Assembly (NCBI GenBank): GCA_951804945.1
Contig: OX638156.1
Coordinates: 59,520,001 to 59,584,000, forward strand
From: Podarcis cretensis
Taxonomy: Eukaryota
Length of the DNA: 64,000 nt
Reading direction: 5' to 3'
The position numbers were made by a program, and so were the translations under genes. Below are positions 63,088 to 64,000 of this stretch, piece by piece. The notes beneath the pieces were generated by a model, which saw only the letters and a program-made list of their open reading frames with translations, was not told the origin of the DNA and ran no database searches. How positions within the stretch are numbered: position 1 is the first letter of the stretch; every line of letters begins with the position of its first letter.

Positions 63088-63768
63088 CGGTGGTACCTCG
63101 GGTTAAGTACTTAATTCGTTCCGGAGGCCCGTTCTTAACCTGAAACTGTTCTTAACCTGAAGCACCACTGTCAGGGAACTGCCATCAGGGCCGGAGGGAG
63201 AGAGCGGGCTCCAGAGGGACTCCAGAGAGCGTCCCGGGATGGGGAGAGGCAGCCCATCTTCTGGGGAAGGGAATCAGCGTAGCACCAGTGGAGAAGGGGG
63301 GCAGATGGGGGAATCGGCGAGGCAGTCCCATGACTCCTTGCCGGGGACCAGCAGGGAGAGTAGGGGTCCTCCGCTGCCCACACCCTCCTTGCGCAGAAGG
63401 CTTCCGCGCAGGGAGAGTAGGCGGAGACTAGGCGTCAAAGAGCTTATTTGCTGGAAGAAGTTCAAGAAATGCCCACTGACAGATTCTGCCAGCGATTGAG
63501 ACAGCCACGGGCAAGTGGCTGTCCAGACAGAAAAGGTTCACTCAGGCAACCCAGCCAGGTGTGGCGCCGGTTTACGCACGAGCAACCCCTAGAACCATTA
63601 CAACCACTTTAGCTAATGGGGCCTCCTGCTGCCACCGCACTGCCAGAGCACAATTTCTGTTCTCATCCTGAAGCAAAGTTCTTAACCTGAAGCACTATTT
63701 CTGGGTTAGCGGAGTCTGTAACCTGAAGCGCATGTAACCTGAAGCGTATGTAACCTGAAGTATCACTG
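63088..63768. mobile_element. MITE family 1 interrupted by a solo LTR
   Basis: Slightly decayed TIRs and TA TSD; collinear with the 22638 copy once 63169-63607 is removed. Confidence 0.88.
63169..63602. mobile_element. Solo LTR (434 bp, GC-rich)
   Basis: TG...CA termini (tgtca ... ttaca); perfect 5-bp TSD accac at 63164-63168 and 63603-63607; empty site visible in sibling MITE copies. Confidence 0.85.
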
Positions 63769-64000
63769 TAAATCTCATCAGTTCTGGATCAACTGCAGCA
63801 TTTTCCTGACTGTTTCAAAGTGCTGGTTTTAATATTTAAACCCCTGTATACTGCATAATATACAACGGGGTCCCCAAGATGGCACTTGCAGGCACCAAAG
63901 CCAGTACCGAACATGGTGCCTGCAAAATGTCTCTGTAAATATAACCCCATAAAATCAACAATGCACCAGAAAGTGTTTGCTCTTTCTGCTCAGTTCCTAC

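Overview
AT-rich, transposon-dense vertebrate genomic DNA. The Sauria SINEs, CR1/L2/L1 LINE remnants and MITEs point to a squamate, probably a lacertid lizard. The main gene is TENT4B (PAPD5, terminal nucleotidyltransferase 4B) on the minus strand. Eleven coding exons (exons 2-12 by analogy with mammals, 48220 down to the stop at 28946) splice with GT-AG ends into one continuous frame of 1501 nt. A ~2.8 kb 3' UTR runs to about 26150. Exon 1 was not found and presumably lies beyond 64000. A CpG-island promoter at ~14575-15290 carries a minus-strand, ATG-free first exon ending in AG|GTGAGT. By recalled mammalian synteny this is probably ADCY7, but no ADCY7 coding exon was seen. The remainder is intron or intergenic DNA with several resolvable nested insertions: a Penelope/hammerhead-like remnant containing a solo LTR containing a MITE, a MITE containing a solo LTR, CR1 copies containing hAT elements, a MITE containing a SINE, and an L1 tail containing a Sauria SINE. 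The most interesting gene-level observations are an 87-codon in-frame read-through past the weak exon-11 donor, which would remove the basic C-terminus, an in-frame internal acceptor in exon 10, and a candidate poison exon in intron 1. I found no convincing novel multi-gene system. All family and orthology assignments rest on recall, not on database searches.
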